A stretch of 64,000 bases of DNA from Patescibacteria group bacterium (lineage in GTDB: Bacteria > Patescibacteriota > Microgenomatia > Curtissbacterales > GWA2-41-24): NCBI GenBank assembly GCA_038063735.1, contig JBBTUN010000009.1:12491-76490 (forward strand), read 5' to 3'. Of the stretch, positions 1 through 9,068 are shown piece by piece. Every line of letters begins with the position of its first letter. The stretch's first letter is position 1. A program made the translations under genes and the position numbers. Below the pieces are notes generated by a model. It saw nothing but the letters and a program-made list of their open reading frames with translations. It did no database searches and was not told the origin of the DNA.

Positions 1-143
1 ATTGGAAACGTGATTCCATATTTTGTGGTGACATCCTCTGTTGGAGTTTGGGCATGTGTCGATTTTGCAAGAAACAGTAAAACAAGTGAGGCTGCAAGTA
101 AAATTATAAGGTGGAGAAAGGTCGTTTTTAGAATTTGTGTCAT
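1..143 (-). CDS. Secreted hypothetical protein, 5' part only (runs off the window start)
   Basis: ATG at 143 overlaps the stop of the upstream ORF (ATGA); MTQILKTTFLHLIILLAASLVLLFLAKSTHA-QTP looks like a Sec signal peptide; open to the window edge. Confidence 0.7.
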   Translation of the reverse strand, partial: MTQILKTTFLHLIILLAASLVLLFLAKSTHAQTPTEDVTTKYGITFP

Positions 144-382
144 TTTAAATTGTCGAAAGGATTTTTATTTTCATCAAATGGATTGACGTACTGATTTTTT
201 TCATCAAATGGATTAACGTATTCTTTTTTTATTTGAACTGCTGCTTCTGTAGTGGCCTGGTTGTTTGTTTGTGAGAAATTTTTCTTAGTAGTTAGTAGGT
301 ATAGAAGAGATGCTACGGCTAAAATACTGGCAAGGATTAAGACTAGGACTATTATGTGGGCAAAACCCTTTTTATAGGTCAC
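140..382 (-). CDS. Small membrane protein with pilin-like N-terminus and NPF repeats
   Basis: KKGF followed by a hydrophobic helix; C-terminal YVNPFDEKNQ/YVNPFDENK/NPFD repeats. Confidence 0.75.
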   Translation of the reverse strand: MTYKKGFAHIIVLVLILASILAVASLLYLLTTKKNFSQTNNQATTEAAVQIKKEYVNPFDEKNQYVNPFDENKNPFDNLK

Positions 383-490
383 AATTTCAGTATTTAGATT
401 ATTATATTATTTGTCAAGTTTTTATTTGTCAAGTTTAATTTATTAGCCTCCTCTTGAAGTAAATTAAATTGTTCTTGTTACAATACTTTC

Positions 491-1156
491 ATGGATTCAA
501 GCCCCGCAGCACAAAAAGATTGGCAAACAAGGATTTTTGAAATTTTTGCAAGACTTTCTCCAAAAATAATTTTGCTTTTTCATCTTTTTAACTACGCTTT
601 TGCCACAGTTGTTGTAATACTTGGGTATTTGGAATTTACAAATAGTAATCTTGCCCCTTCTATTTATAGCCTTGGCAAACACTTCGGCCAGTTAGCGGTG
701 ACGCTACTTGGGATTGTGGTTCTTCCCGGAATTTTGGGAAGGCTTAGAATTGAGATTAAGCTAACACGCTTAATTACGCTTTTTCGCAGACAGCTGGGAA
801 TTACTGTTTTTGTGTTGGGACTATCTCACTATTTGCTGATCCGGTTTGTGCCGACCCTGGCCGGGATTTATAAATTTGAGTTTCCGTATCCGGTGCTCTT
901 TGAAAATTTTGGCGCTTTGGCTCTGTTTATTTTATTTTGGCTGTTTATTACTTCTAATAATGCGTCTGTTAAAAAAATGAGCATATGGTGGAAGAGGCTA
1001 CATCGCTTTGTTTACGTTGCTGTTTGGCTTTTGGTTTTCCATACGGGATTGCAGAGGTTAAGCGTTTGGACTATGGGAATTGGAATAGTAGCAATTCTAG
1101 AGGCAGTTTCTTTAATTTATGATTACTTTAGAAAGAAGAATTTTAGACAAAGTTAG
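491..1156 (+). CDS. Ferric reductase-like transmembrane protein (MsrQ/YedZ family)
   Basis: RRQLGI...H and TSN...W.RLHR.VY...H motifs; about 6 TM helices. Confidence 0.85.
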   Translation: MDSSPAAQKDWQTRIFEIFARLSPKIILLFHLFNYAFATVVVILGYLEFTNSNLAPSIYSLGKHFGQLAVTLLGIVVLPGILGRLRIEIKLTRLITLFRRQLGITVFVLGLSHYLLIRFVPTLAGIYKFEFPYPVLFENFGALALFILFWLFITSNNASVKKMSIWWKRLHRFVYVAVWLLVFHTGLQRLSVWTMGIGIVAILEAVSLIYDYFRKKNFRQS

Positions 1157-1298
1157 CACCGGTACCGCAAGTGGAGGCAATAGCAGCTCCGGTTAAGACC
1201 ACGGCGAGCGCAATGCTGACATAGGTTAACCTTTTAAATTGCGCTTTTAAATCTTTAATTTCGTGCCTTAGTTGTTTTCGATATTTTTTTAACTTCAT
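1143..1298 (-). CDS. Small hypothetical membrane protein (51 aa, below the ORF track cutoff)
   Basis: MKLKKYRKQLRHEIKDLKAQFKRLTYVSIALAVVLTGAAIASTCGTGANFV; basic segment plus one TM helix; fills the intergenic gap. Confidence 0.55.
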   Translation of the reverse strand: MKLKKYRKQLRHEIKDLKAQFKRLTYVSIALAVVLTGAAIASTCGTGANFV

Positions 1299-1366
1299 CT
1301 AAATTTATTTTAACACCAAAATGCAAAAGAAGATGTGGGATAATTAGAACGAATGGTTCGATAGTT

Positions 1367-2380
1367 ATGATTATTCGCGAAGTACAGGATAGGGAAAAAG
1401 GCGCTTATAACAAACTCGTCGGGCATATTATCCAATCTTGGGAATGGGGACAGTTTAGAAAAAGCACCGGTTTGGACTTGGTGAGACTTGGCCATTACAG
1501 TGGCAATAAGCTTGTTAAGGCATACCAGTTAACCTTCCATGCGGTACCAATGTTTAAACAGACTATTGGATACTTACCGAAGGGGCCACTGCCGGACCGC
1601 GATATGTTAAGGGCGCTTGTAGATCTTGGAAAAAGTAGAAATGCCGCTTATATAAAAATAGAGCCGAATGTGATAATTGGCGATAAGCAAGAAGCGATAA
1701 GAGATAAGTTAGAACATTTAGGGTTGGTTGAATCTAAAAAATCTTTATTTACAAAATATAATTTCATTATTGATCTGGCCCGTACAAAGGAAGAGTTAAT
1801 GGCTTCGTTTTCGCAAAAAACTCGTTACAACATTGGTGTGGCGCAAAGAAAAGGTGTAGAGGTTTACGAGAGCCAAGAAGACGCTGACTTTGAAATTTAT
1901 TTAAAACTTTATTTTGATACGACGAGTCGCCAAAAATATTTTGGCCATACGCCCGATTACCACAAAAAAATCTGGGCAACCTTGGCGCCTGCCAATATGT
2001 GTCGGTTGCTGATAGCCAAATACGAAGGTAAGCCTCTTGTTGCCTGGATGCTATTTAATTTTGGGGACACGCTTTATTATCCCTATGGAGGCTCGTCCAA
2101 AGAACACAGGGAAGTGATGGCTTCCAATTTAGTTTGTTTTGAGGCAATTGCGCTGGGTAAAAAAATGGGCTTGAGTAATTTTGATATGTGGGGGGCACTG
2201 GGTCCTGATGCATCAAGCACGGACCCTTGGTTCGGTTTTCATAAATTTAAGGCAGGTTACGGACCAAAACATGTGGAATACGTGGGGACTTACGACCTTA
2301 TTTTAAAAAATGCTCTTTACAATACATTAAATCTTGCAGACCGCGTCCGGTGGAGCATATTGAAAGCTACCAGAAGGTAG
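1367..2380 (+). CDS. FemAB/FemX-family tRNA-dependent peptidoglycan bridge aminoacyltransferase
   Basis: HIIQSWEWGQF, YLPKGP, KTRYNI, FDMWG and FK.G.G motifs. Confidence 0.9.
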   Translation: MIIREVQDREKGAYNKLVGHIIQSWEWGQFRKSTGLDLVRLGHYSGNKLVKAYQLTFHAVPMFKQTIGYLPKGPLPDRDMLRALVDLGKSRNAAYIKIEPNVIIGDKQEAIRDKLEHLGLVESKKSLFTKYNFIIDLARTKEELMASFSQKTRYNIGVAQRKGVEVYESQEDADFEIYLKLYFDTTSRQKYFGHTPDYHKKIWATLAPANMCRLLIAKYEGKPLVAWMLFNFGDTLYYPYGGSSKEHREVMASNLVCFEAIALGKKMGLSNFDMWGALGPDASSTDPWFGFHKFKAGYGPKHVEYVGTYDLILKNALYNTLNLADRVRWSILKATRR

Positions 2381-2381
2381 A

Positions 2382-2906
2382 TTAAATAATATATAAAAAT
2401 ATTTTGCCCTCGGTTTTGTCGGGTTTTTTGTTTGGAAAGGGATTTGTATTTACAACAACTCGTGTGCCGTGTTGTGCATTTGTGTATATAAAATCTTCAA
2501 ATTTTTTTGTTTTTTTGGCAAGCGAATAAACAAAAATAACATCTGCGACCTTAAGATCCGCTTTCCACATAGACTGCGCATTAATTTTTACCTGTTCATC
2601 AAGCCCCTTTAGTTTTCTTTTAAGTTTTGACAGTGCAATTAAAAATGGGTTTATTTCGTACCCAACCGCAAAGGCTCCAAAACTTGCAGCTTCGAAAAGA
2701 AGGCGTCCATCGCCTGAGCCCAAATCAACAACTGTTTCCCTTTTTTTTATATGCGCAAGCTTTGTTAGATTTTTTATACTCTCTCTCTTTGCGCCTACAT
2801 AGGGCAACTCCAGAAAAAAATCCACGCAATAAAAAATGCCAACTAGTATTACAAAAAGAAGCGCTGCAACCAACAGTATGATGACTGTGCCAATTACTAT
2901 TTGCAT
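2382..2906 (-). CDS. Membrane-anchored class I SAM-dependent methyltransferase
   Basis: N-terminal TM; PYV, VDLGSGDGR and GYEINP motifs. Confidence 0.85.
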   Translation of the reverse strand: MQIVIGTVIILLVAALLFVILVGIFYCVDFFLELPYVGAKRESIKNLTKLAHIKKRETVVDLGSGDGRLLFEAASFGAFAVGYEINPFLIALSKLKRKLKGLDEQVKINAQSMWKADLKVADVIFVYSLAKKTKKFEDFIYTNAQHGTRVVVNTNPFPNKKPDKTEGKIFLYII

Positions 2907-2998
2907 TATTTTTTCTTTAAGCTTTTATAAAGCTTTATGCTTAAAACAATTACAGCAACAAGGCTACCCAGTAAAAGGATTGTAAAAATTATTCTCAT
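2906..2998 (-). CDS. 30-aa single-TM peptide coupled to the methyltransferase
   Basis: MRIIFTILLLGSLVAVIVLSIKLYKSLKKK; its stop overlaps the next start as TAATG. Confidence 0.5.
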   Translation of the reverse strand: MRIIFTILLLGSLVAVIVLSIKLYKSLKKK

Positions 2999-3112
2999 TT
3001 TAATGATTATAAACTTCCAAGCGTGATTGGCCAAGGATTTCTGCAACAACTAAGAGGGATTTCTAGGCAAATTGCTTTTTTAGCGTACTTTGTATATATT
3101 CTCCCTAGCGAT

Positions 3113-3523
3113 ATGAGCTTGAAATTTATTCTTTATATTTTGGGGGCGCTGATTTTATTAGGCGGTCTCTTTTTTGCTTTCAGGCCAAAAACAGTTCAAG
3201 CTCCACAAAGCCCTGTCGTGACTAGTGAGTCAACAACTTCTGCTAACGTTGCCAACAAGGTTAAAACGTTCGAGCTGGTGGTTCGTGACAATAAACTCGC
3301 CCCTGGCCCGTCAACTTTGAGTGTTGTGCAAGGCGATGATGTAGTTATTAAAATTGCGTCTGACGTGAATGGTGAATTTCACTTGCATGGATATGATAAG
3401 TTTGTCGACTTGGAAAAAGATGCTACTGTTGAGCTTAAATTTAATGCCAATCTCAGCGGTAGGTTTCCGTTTGAGCTTGAGGATACCAAAACGGATCTTG
3501 GAGCTTTAGAAGTTAACCCCTAG
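3113..3523 (+). CDS. Exported cupredoxin-like domain protein
   Basis: Signal anchor, then V.QGD.V...EFHLHGYD...G.FPFE cupredoxin-like pattern; start moved to ATG 3113. Confidence 0.7.
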   Translation: MSLKFILYILGALILLGGLFFAFRPKTVQAPQSPVVTSESTTSANVANKVKTFELVVRDNKLAPGPSTLSVVQGDDVVIKIASDVNGEFHLHGYDKFVDLEKDATVELKFNANLSGRFPFELEDTKTDLGALEVNP

Positions 3524-3529
3524 AACTTA

Positions 3530-4957
3530 ATGGCGAGGTTATTAAGTTTCTTATTTATTATTTTTCTTCCCTTTATTTTTCCCGGGCAAATTCACGCACA
3601 CGCTTTTGGGCAATTATACAATTTGCCGGTGCCATTTTGGCTGTACTTATACGGCGGGGCAGCAGCAATTATTGTTTCTTTTTTGGTAATTGGCTATTTT
3701 TTTAACAAAGATAGTAATTTAGAGAAGTATCCGACTGTAAACCTATCGAAGCTTGGTCTATTTTCGACACTTACAAAACCGTGGTTCGTAGGATTTTTAA
3801 AGCTGGCAAGCGTTTTTTTGCTTTTTTTAACTATTGCCTGCGGCCTGGTTGGCGAGAATAATCCGACGGTGAATTTTAACATGACATTTTTTTGGGTTAT
3901 TTTTGTTTTGGGCTTTGCCTATTTTGTGGCTATATTTGGAGATTTATGGACTATTGTTAATCCATGGAAAGTGTTGACAGATTTTATTGAGAAGGCTTTT
4001 GGGAAAAATTTGGTTGGCATTATTAAGTACCCAAAACTCCTGGGATATTTGCCGGCATTTACTTTTTACTTTCTTTTTATTTGGTTGGAGCTTTTTGGAC
4101 AAACTATGCCTTTTAGCCTTTCTGTCGTGCTTTTAATATATACATTGGCCAATGCTTTTGGAGTAGTTCTAATAGGTCGCGAAAACTGGTTTAAATATTG
4201 TGAATTCTTTTCTGTATTTTTCAGAATACTTGGGAAAATTTCGGCTGTGGAAGCGAGAGGCGGTAGATTTTATCTTAGGGTGCCATTTGTGGGATTGCTT
4301 GGGGGCAGAGCTGACAATTTTGGTTTGGTAATTTTCATTTTATTTATGCTTTCCTCAACCGCCTTTGACGGCTTTAAATCAACGGCCGTTGGGGCTGCTG
4401 CCGTTAGAATACTTGTTTCGTTTACAGGCATATTTTTGGGTCAAGGTTCCTTTTTGGCAGTTCAGACTGCCGGGGTTTTAGGTTTGCTTTTATCACCGCT
4501 GATTTTTCTGTACCTTTACTTAATGCTCCTAGCCTTTGCAAAAGTTCTTTCCGGCAGCACCCAACCTTTAAAGGAACTAGCCCTGGATTTTGCTTTTTCT
4601 CTTATTCCTATTGCGTTTGTTTACAACGTTGCCCATTACTATACGTTAATTTTGACGGAAGGATGGAACATGATAAGAATAATTTCTGACCCTTTTGGGT
4701 TTGGTTGGAACTTGTTTGGAACAAGCGGGCTTGCAACAAACCCATTAATAGTCAGCGCTAACATTGGTTGGCACTTACAGGTTGGCATAATTTTAGTTGG
4801 ACATATTGCAGGGGTTTATCTTGCACATTTGGTCGCTCTAAGAGTTTTTCCCTCTCGCAAAAAAGCCTTGATGAGCCAATTACCAATGTTGGTTTTGATG
4901 GTTATGTATACTATGATCGGGCTTTGGATACTTGCGCAACCCATTGTTGGCGGTTAA
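3530..4957 (+). CDS. Polytopic membrane protein (family often annotated fenitrothion hydrolase-like)
   Basis: Signal peptide ending AHA, then LYNLPVP; AFDG, SLIPIA.VYN.AHY, SDPFG.GWNLFG and GH..GV.LAH motifs. Confidence 0.7.
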   Translation: MARLLSFLFIIFLPFIFPGQIHAHAFGQLYNLPVPFWLYLYGGAAAIIVSFLVIGYFFNKDSNLEKYPTVNLSKLGLFSTLTKPWFVGFLKLASVFLLFLTIACGLVGENNPTVNFNMTFFWVIFVLGFAYFVAIFGDLWTIVNPWKVLTDFIEKAFGKNLVGIIKYPKLLGYLPAFTFYFLFIWLELFGQTMPFSLSVVLLIYTLANAFGVVLIGRENWFKYCEFFSVFFRILGKISAVEARGGRFYLRVPFVGLLGGRADNFGLVIFILFMLSSTAFDGFKSTAVGAAAVRILVSFTGIFLGQGSFLAVQTAGVLGLLLSPLIFLYLYLMLLAFAKVLSGSTQPLKELALDFAFSLIPIAFVYNVAHYYTLILTEGWNMIRIISDPFGFGWNLFGTSGLATNPLIVSANIGWHLQVGIILVGHIAGVYLAHLVALRVFPSRKKALMSQLPMLVLMVMYTMIGLWILAQPIVGG

Positions 4958-4970
4958 AACTTTCTGGAGA

Positions 4971-7916
4971 TTACTGCGCCTTTGCAAGGCTAAATGGACA
5001 GATTGAATTGTAGGCGCAGTATATGCAAGCCGGCTCGCGTCCGAAGTACTTGGGGCTGGCAATAAAATGATTGGTTTTGGTGTCTCTTTTAATGTTTTGG
5101 GCAGTTTCTACTATTAATTTTTCGACTTTTTGCAAATCTTTTTCTGTGGGCCGGTAGGCACCAATAATGCCTGTTTCCAAAAAGTAGAGCGCGACTTTTT
5201 CGGGCATTATTTTGTGACGTTTAAAATAATAGAGGGCGTAAAGTGCCAGTTGAGTTGATTCTTTTGCCTGGGCGTTTGCCCTTTCCTGGTCTATGTTTTC
5301 GGATGATTTGTAATCGATAATCGTAATTTTAGAACCTGGTTTAACGTCTACTCTATCGAACCTACCTACCAAGGTTACACCTTCTACTGCGAACTTAAAT
5401 GGCGATTCAATGAGCGTTGGCACGTCTTTGGACTTTGACTCCCGAGCGAAAAATTCTTCCAGGGCAAGTTTCCCTTGTATTTTTCTCTTCTCTTCATGTT
5501 CGACTGTTAAGAATCCTTCGCTATCCCAGGCGTTTTCAAAAACTTCTAAAAGTGCCTTGAGCGTCATAACTTTACCCTGTTTTTTAATGCGGTTGAATTG
5601 GGCAACGGCGGCATGGAGTGCGGCTCCGTAAACAATTGCGTGGTGCTTCAAAATTGGCAGTCGCAGGATATGAACATAGCGGTATTTGTAAGCGCAAGTT
5701 AGATAGTCATCCATGGAACCTTGAGTGAGCTTTAAGGTGTCGACATCAAAAAGCATAGTTTGGGCGCTTATTCTGGCAACCGGGGCAAATTTTTCAATTT
5801 TCTCGAGTGGCGACAGTGGACTTGGAGACATTGTTGACTTGGATTTATCGAGAGCTTCCAAAACAAAAGGTGAAATTTTTTTGATTCGTTTGCCGCCAAC
5901 ATCCCGAGATGAGGTAAGATACAATAAATCTTTTGCACGAGTCATGCCAACGTAAAAAAGACGTCTTTCTTCTTCCAAATGCCAGTCACCACTTGGCAGG
6001 GATTCTTTAATAAGTTTTTCCGGCAGCTCGATTGCCTCCGGACGAACACGGGACGGAAAGCGGTTTGATATTAAATTGACCATAAAAACGACCGGGAATT
6101 CCAGGCCTTTTGCGCCGTGGATGGTCATGACGTTAACGGCATCTGTGTCCGGGTCGAATTCAATTGTTGTCGGATCGTCGCCAGCAGTGCGGATGCTTTC
6201 CAAATAATCTATAAATTGTGTAACGGTTTGAATATTTGCGACTTGTTCAAATTCTTTTATTTTTTCAAAAAATTTAGCAATATTTTGAATTTTAATTTGG
6301 CCTTCAACTTTGTCTTCTTTATCAAGACGAGTTAGATAGCCGGATTTTTTAAGGAAAGTGTAGAGGATACGGCCTACCTTCTCTTTTGCAGACATTTTAA
6401 TTGCCTCAGTAAGATCTTGGAGCAATTTTTCTATGATAGCGTGAGATTCTTTGGTGATATCGAGCCCTTCGGTACTGATTTTGTCTAAGTTGGTAAGGAC
6501 GTAGTAAAGAGAACGGGTTTTTCTTTTGGCAAACGATATTAATTTCAGTGTTTCTTGAGGCGGCAATTCGTAGAGGTCCGATGTTAGGAGGTTGTAAACA
6601 TTAAGACTATCTTCAAAATTAGAAATTGCCGTTAAAAATGAGATTAAAACTTTTACTTCTTCCTGCTGGTAAAGACCAGAAGAGCCCACAAATTTGTGCG
6701 GAATGCCGCGCATATTAAGGGCTCGCAAGAAATAGTCCGCTTGGGAATTGGCGCGCACAAGGATTGCGAAATCGCGGTATGAATACGGTTGACGGTTGAC
6801 GGTTGACGGTTGACGGTTTTTTCGGGATGCCAGTTTTGCAATTTCTTCGGCGACCAAGTCTGCCTCTTCGGAGATAGTATCTGCAAATAATTCTTGAGGG
6901 CTTGCGCCGGTTTTTTTTCTTGCACTTTTCAGCTTTTTATTTATTTTGTTTTTAATTTCAAGCCTATCGGGGTTGTTGTGGATAATAAGCCTGTATGAGC
7001 TGTCTAGAATTGCCTGCGTCGAGCGGTAATTTTCTACCAGTACTATCTGTTTTGCTTTGGGGAAATTTTTTACGAACTCTAATATATTAGATACGGCGGC
7101 TCCACGGAATTTATAAATAGACTGGTCGTCGTCTCCGACGACACAAATGTTTTTGTGAGCGGATGCAAGCATTGTGACAAGCTGGTTTTGAGCAAAATTT
7201 GTGTCCTGGTATTCGTCAACTAAAATGTATTTAAATTTTTGCTGATAAGTTTTCAGTATCGCCGGGCGTTTTTTGAATAGATCGATGGCTTTTACGACCT
7301 GGTCTCCAAAATCCAGGAGGTTTGCTTCATCTTTATACTTTTCGTACTGTTGGTAGGCCCGGGCAAGTTCTGTGATTTTTAGGCTTTCCGTTTTTTCTTG
7401 GTTTTTATGGCTTTTTGCAAATTTAGCAAATTCGTCCGGAGAAATGTTCTCGTCTTTTAGGCGCGAGAAAAAAGAAAGCATTGCAGAAGCGAATTTTGTG
7501 GGATTGCCCAGTGGCCGGTAATAATTGAGGTTGAAGCGGAATAGGTTTTGCTGAAAAAATAGAACCTGTTGAGGGCGGGACAAAACTTTAAAGTCTGGGC
7601 TTAGGCCAACGTCCAGGGCATTATCGCGCAGAATTCTGTCTCCAAAAGCGTGGAATGTGGAAATCCAGGTATCTATAAAACCGTATGGAACCAGGGTGTC
7701 TACGCGCTCTTCCATTTCTCCGGCGGCTTTATCGGTAAAGGTCAGAGCGAGGATTTCCGAAGGCCTGGCCAGCTTTTTTTCGATAATATAAGCGATTCTT
7801 CTGGCAATAACGGTGGTTTTACCGGTTCCGGCACCCGCAATAATTAAAAGAGGACCTTGTGTGGTGGTTACCGCCTCTTTTTGCTGTGGATTAAGTTCTT
7901 TGAGAATGTCTGACAC
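4971..7916 (-). CDS. UvrD/PcrA-type SF1 helicase fused to a C-terminal PD-(D/E)XK nuclease with Fe-S cysteines
   Basis: AGAGTGKT, LTFTDKAA, DEYQD, VGDDDQSIY, NYRS, TIHGAKGLEF and EERRLFYVGMTRA motifs; C-terminal GRFDRVD..IIDYKS..QL..Y; Cys in TCAYKY and CIYCAYNSIC. Confidence 0.92.
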   Translation of the reverse strand: MSDILKELNPQQKEAVTTTQGPLLIIAGAGTGKTTVIARRIAYIIEKKLARPSEILALTFTDKAAGEMEERVDTLVPYGFIDTWISTFHAFGDRILRDNALDVGLSPDFKVLSRPQQVLFFQQNLFRFNLNYYRPLGNPTKFASAMLSFFSRLKDENISPDEFAKFAKSHKNQEKTESLKITELARAYQQYEKYKDEANLLDFGDQVVKAIDLFKKRPAILKTYQQKFKYILVDEYQDTNFAQNQLVTMLASAHKNICVVGDDDQSIYKFRGAAVSNILEFVKNFPKAKQIVLVENYRSTQAILDSSYRLIIHNNPDRLEIKNKINKKLKSARKKTGASPQELFADTISEEADLVAEEIAKLASRKNRQPSTVNRQPYSYRDFAILVRANSQADYFLRALNMRGIPHKFVGSSGLYQQEEVKVLISFLTAISNFEDSLNVYNLLTSDLYELPPQETLKLISFAKRKTRSLYYVLTNLDKISTEGLDITKESHAIIEKLLQDLTEAIKMSAKEKVGRILYTFLKKSGYLTRLDKEDKVEGQIKIQNIAKFFEKIKEFEQVANIQTVTQFIDYLESIRTAGDDPTTIEFDPDTDAVNVMTIHGAKGLEFPVVFMVNLISNRFPSRVRPEAIELPEKLIKESLPSGDWHLEEERRLFYVGMTRAKDLLYLTSSRDVGGKRIKKISPFVLEALDKSKSTMSPSPLSPLEKIEKFAPVARISAQTMLFDVDTLKLTQGSMDDYLTCAYKYRYVHILRLPILKHHAIVYGAALHAAVAQFNRIKKQGKVMTLKALLEVFENAWDSEGFLTVEHEEKRKIQGKLALEEFFARESKSKDVPTLIESPFKFAVEGVTLVGRFDRVDVKPGSKITIIDYKSSENIDQERANAQAKESTQLALYALYYFKRHKIMPEKVALYFLETGIIGAYRPTEKDLQKVEKLIVETAQNIKRDTKTNHFIASPKYFGREPACIYCAYNSICPFSLAKAQ
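6785..6818. repeat. Perfect heptamer tandem repeat (ACGGTTG)x4.9 inside the helicase gene
   Basis: Read directly; encodes NRQPSTVNRQP. Confidence 0.95.
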
Positions 7917-7955
7917 GTGGCTATTTTAGCATGGAATTATTACTCTACTTGCGGC

Positions 7956-8948
7956 TTATTTACCTTTTATAGACTTTATAGTTTTTGCTTCGATGTTTTG
8001 TACTGTGGAGATTTTCGTTGACAGGCGAGTATAGCGCGTATTTACGTCGTCGCTACTTGCTGCGGCGTTTTTGATGTGTTTTGTGAGAACTGAAAGGGAT
8101 GAGCCGAATTTGTCGGTTTCGTCGGAAATTTCGCGTAATGCCGCCAGAATTTGGCCGGCCTGGGCTTCGATTTTAGACCCTTCCAGAGACATAATAATGG
8201 CGCGAAGATAAGCGTACATTGTCGACGGTGATACGGGTCGGACACGTTTGCGGTAAGCATAATCGTCCAGATCCGGAGCGTTGCTGATCATTTCGTAATA
8301 AACGGGTTCTGACGGGATATACATAAGTGCAAAATCCAATGTGCCTTCCTGCGGGCGGATGTATTTGGTGGATATGGCATCAATATGTTTCTTGACGTCT
8401 GTGATAAATAATTTGCGCATTTGATCTATTTCCTTTTCGTCTTTGGCTTTTTGCATTTTGCGGAAATTTTCCATGGGAAATTTGGCGTCAATTGGGATTA
8501 TGCCCTGTTCGAGTTGAAGTGCTGCATCGACAATTTCTCCGCCTTTGAAAGCGTATTGAAGGTGAAAGTTTTGTTTTGGCAGCACCTGGCCAAGCAGGTC
8601 TTTTAAAACAGACTCCCCTATTTGGCCGCGCATTTTGGGGGAACGCAGGAATTCCTGTAGTTCCTTCATCGACCTGCCCAGCTCTGTCATTTCGCCGACA
8701 GATTTTGAAACGCCCGAAATTGCCATGGCTGCCCTATCCAGGCGTTCGTTGATTGCCCTGCTTTGCATAACCATGGAGTTTGTACTTTTATCCATTGAGC
8801 CACGCATATCGGAAACTAACTGAGTGAGGAGTTTCGTGGTTTCGTCAGATTTTTTGGAATCCGTGAGTTTTTTTATTTGAAGGTAGATGAGTGCAAAGGC
8901 AACAGCAACAAGGCCGCCGACTATCAATACGGTGAATTGAGAATCCAT
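7956..8948 (-). CDS. rmuC: DNA recombination protein RmuC
   Basis: N-terminal TM and coiled coil; RGQIGE, IDAKFP, KYI.P..T.DFALMYIPSE and VSPST motifs. Confidence 0.92.
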   Translation of the reverse strand: MDSQFTVLIVGGLVAVAFALIYLQIKKLTDSKKSDETTKLLTQLVSDMRGSMDKSTNSMVMQSRAINERLDRAAMAISGVSKSVGEMTELGRSMKELQEFLRSPKMRGQIGESVLKDLLGQVLPKQNFHLQYAFKGGEIVDAALQLEQGIIPIDAKFPMENFRKMQKAKDEKEIDQMRKLFITDVKKHIDAISTKYIRPQEGTLDFALMYIPSEPVYYEMISNAPDLDDYAYRKRVRPVSPSTMYAYLRAIIMSLEGSKIEAQAGQILAALREISDETDKFGSSLSVLTKHIKNAAASSDDVNTRYTRLSTKISTVQNIEAKTIKSIKGK

Positions 8949-8973
8949 GCCGTAGATTTTAGCACAGGAAATT

Positions 8974-9045
8974 GAAGTTCTCGACTAACTCGAACAATAT
9001 TAATAAACTCATCACAATTATTCTTCGACCCTGTGGAGAAGTTTC
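8974..9045. repeat. Pair of inverted REP-like palindromic units
   Basis: GAAGTTCTCGACTAACTCGAACAATA ... TATTCTTCGACCCTGTGGAGAAGTTTC; related pair at 14082-14144. Confidence 0.7.
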
Positions 9046-9068
9046 TTGATTCCAATTACAATGAATGT

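Noticed and set aside
407-436. 15-bp tandem duplication TTATTTGTCAAGTTT
   Set aside because: A single local duplication of a -35-containing segment; no evidence of further function.
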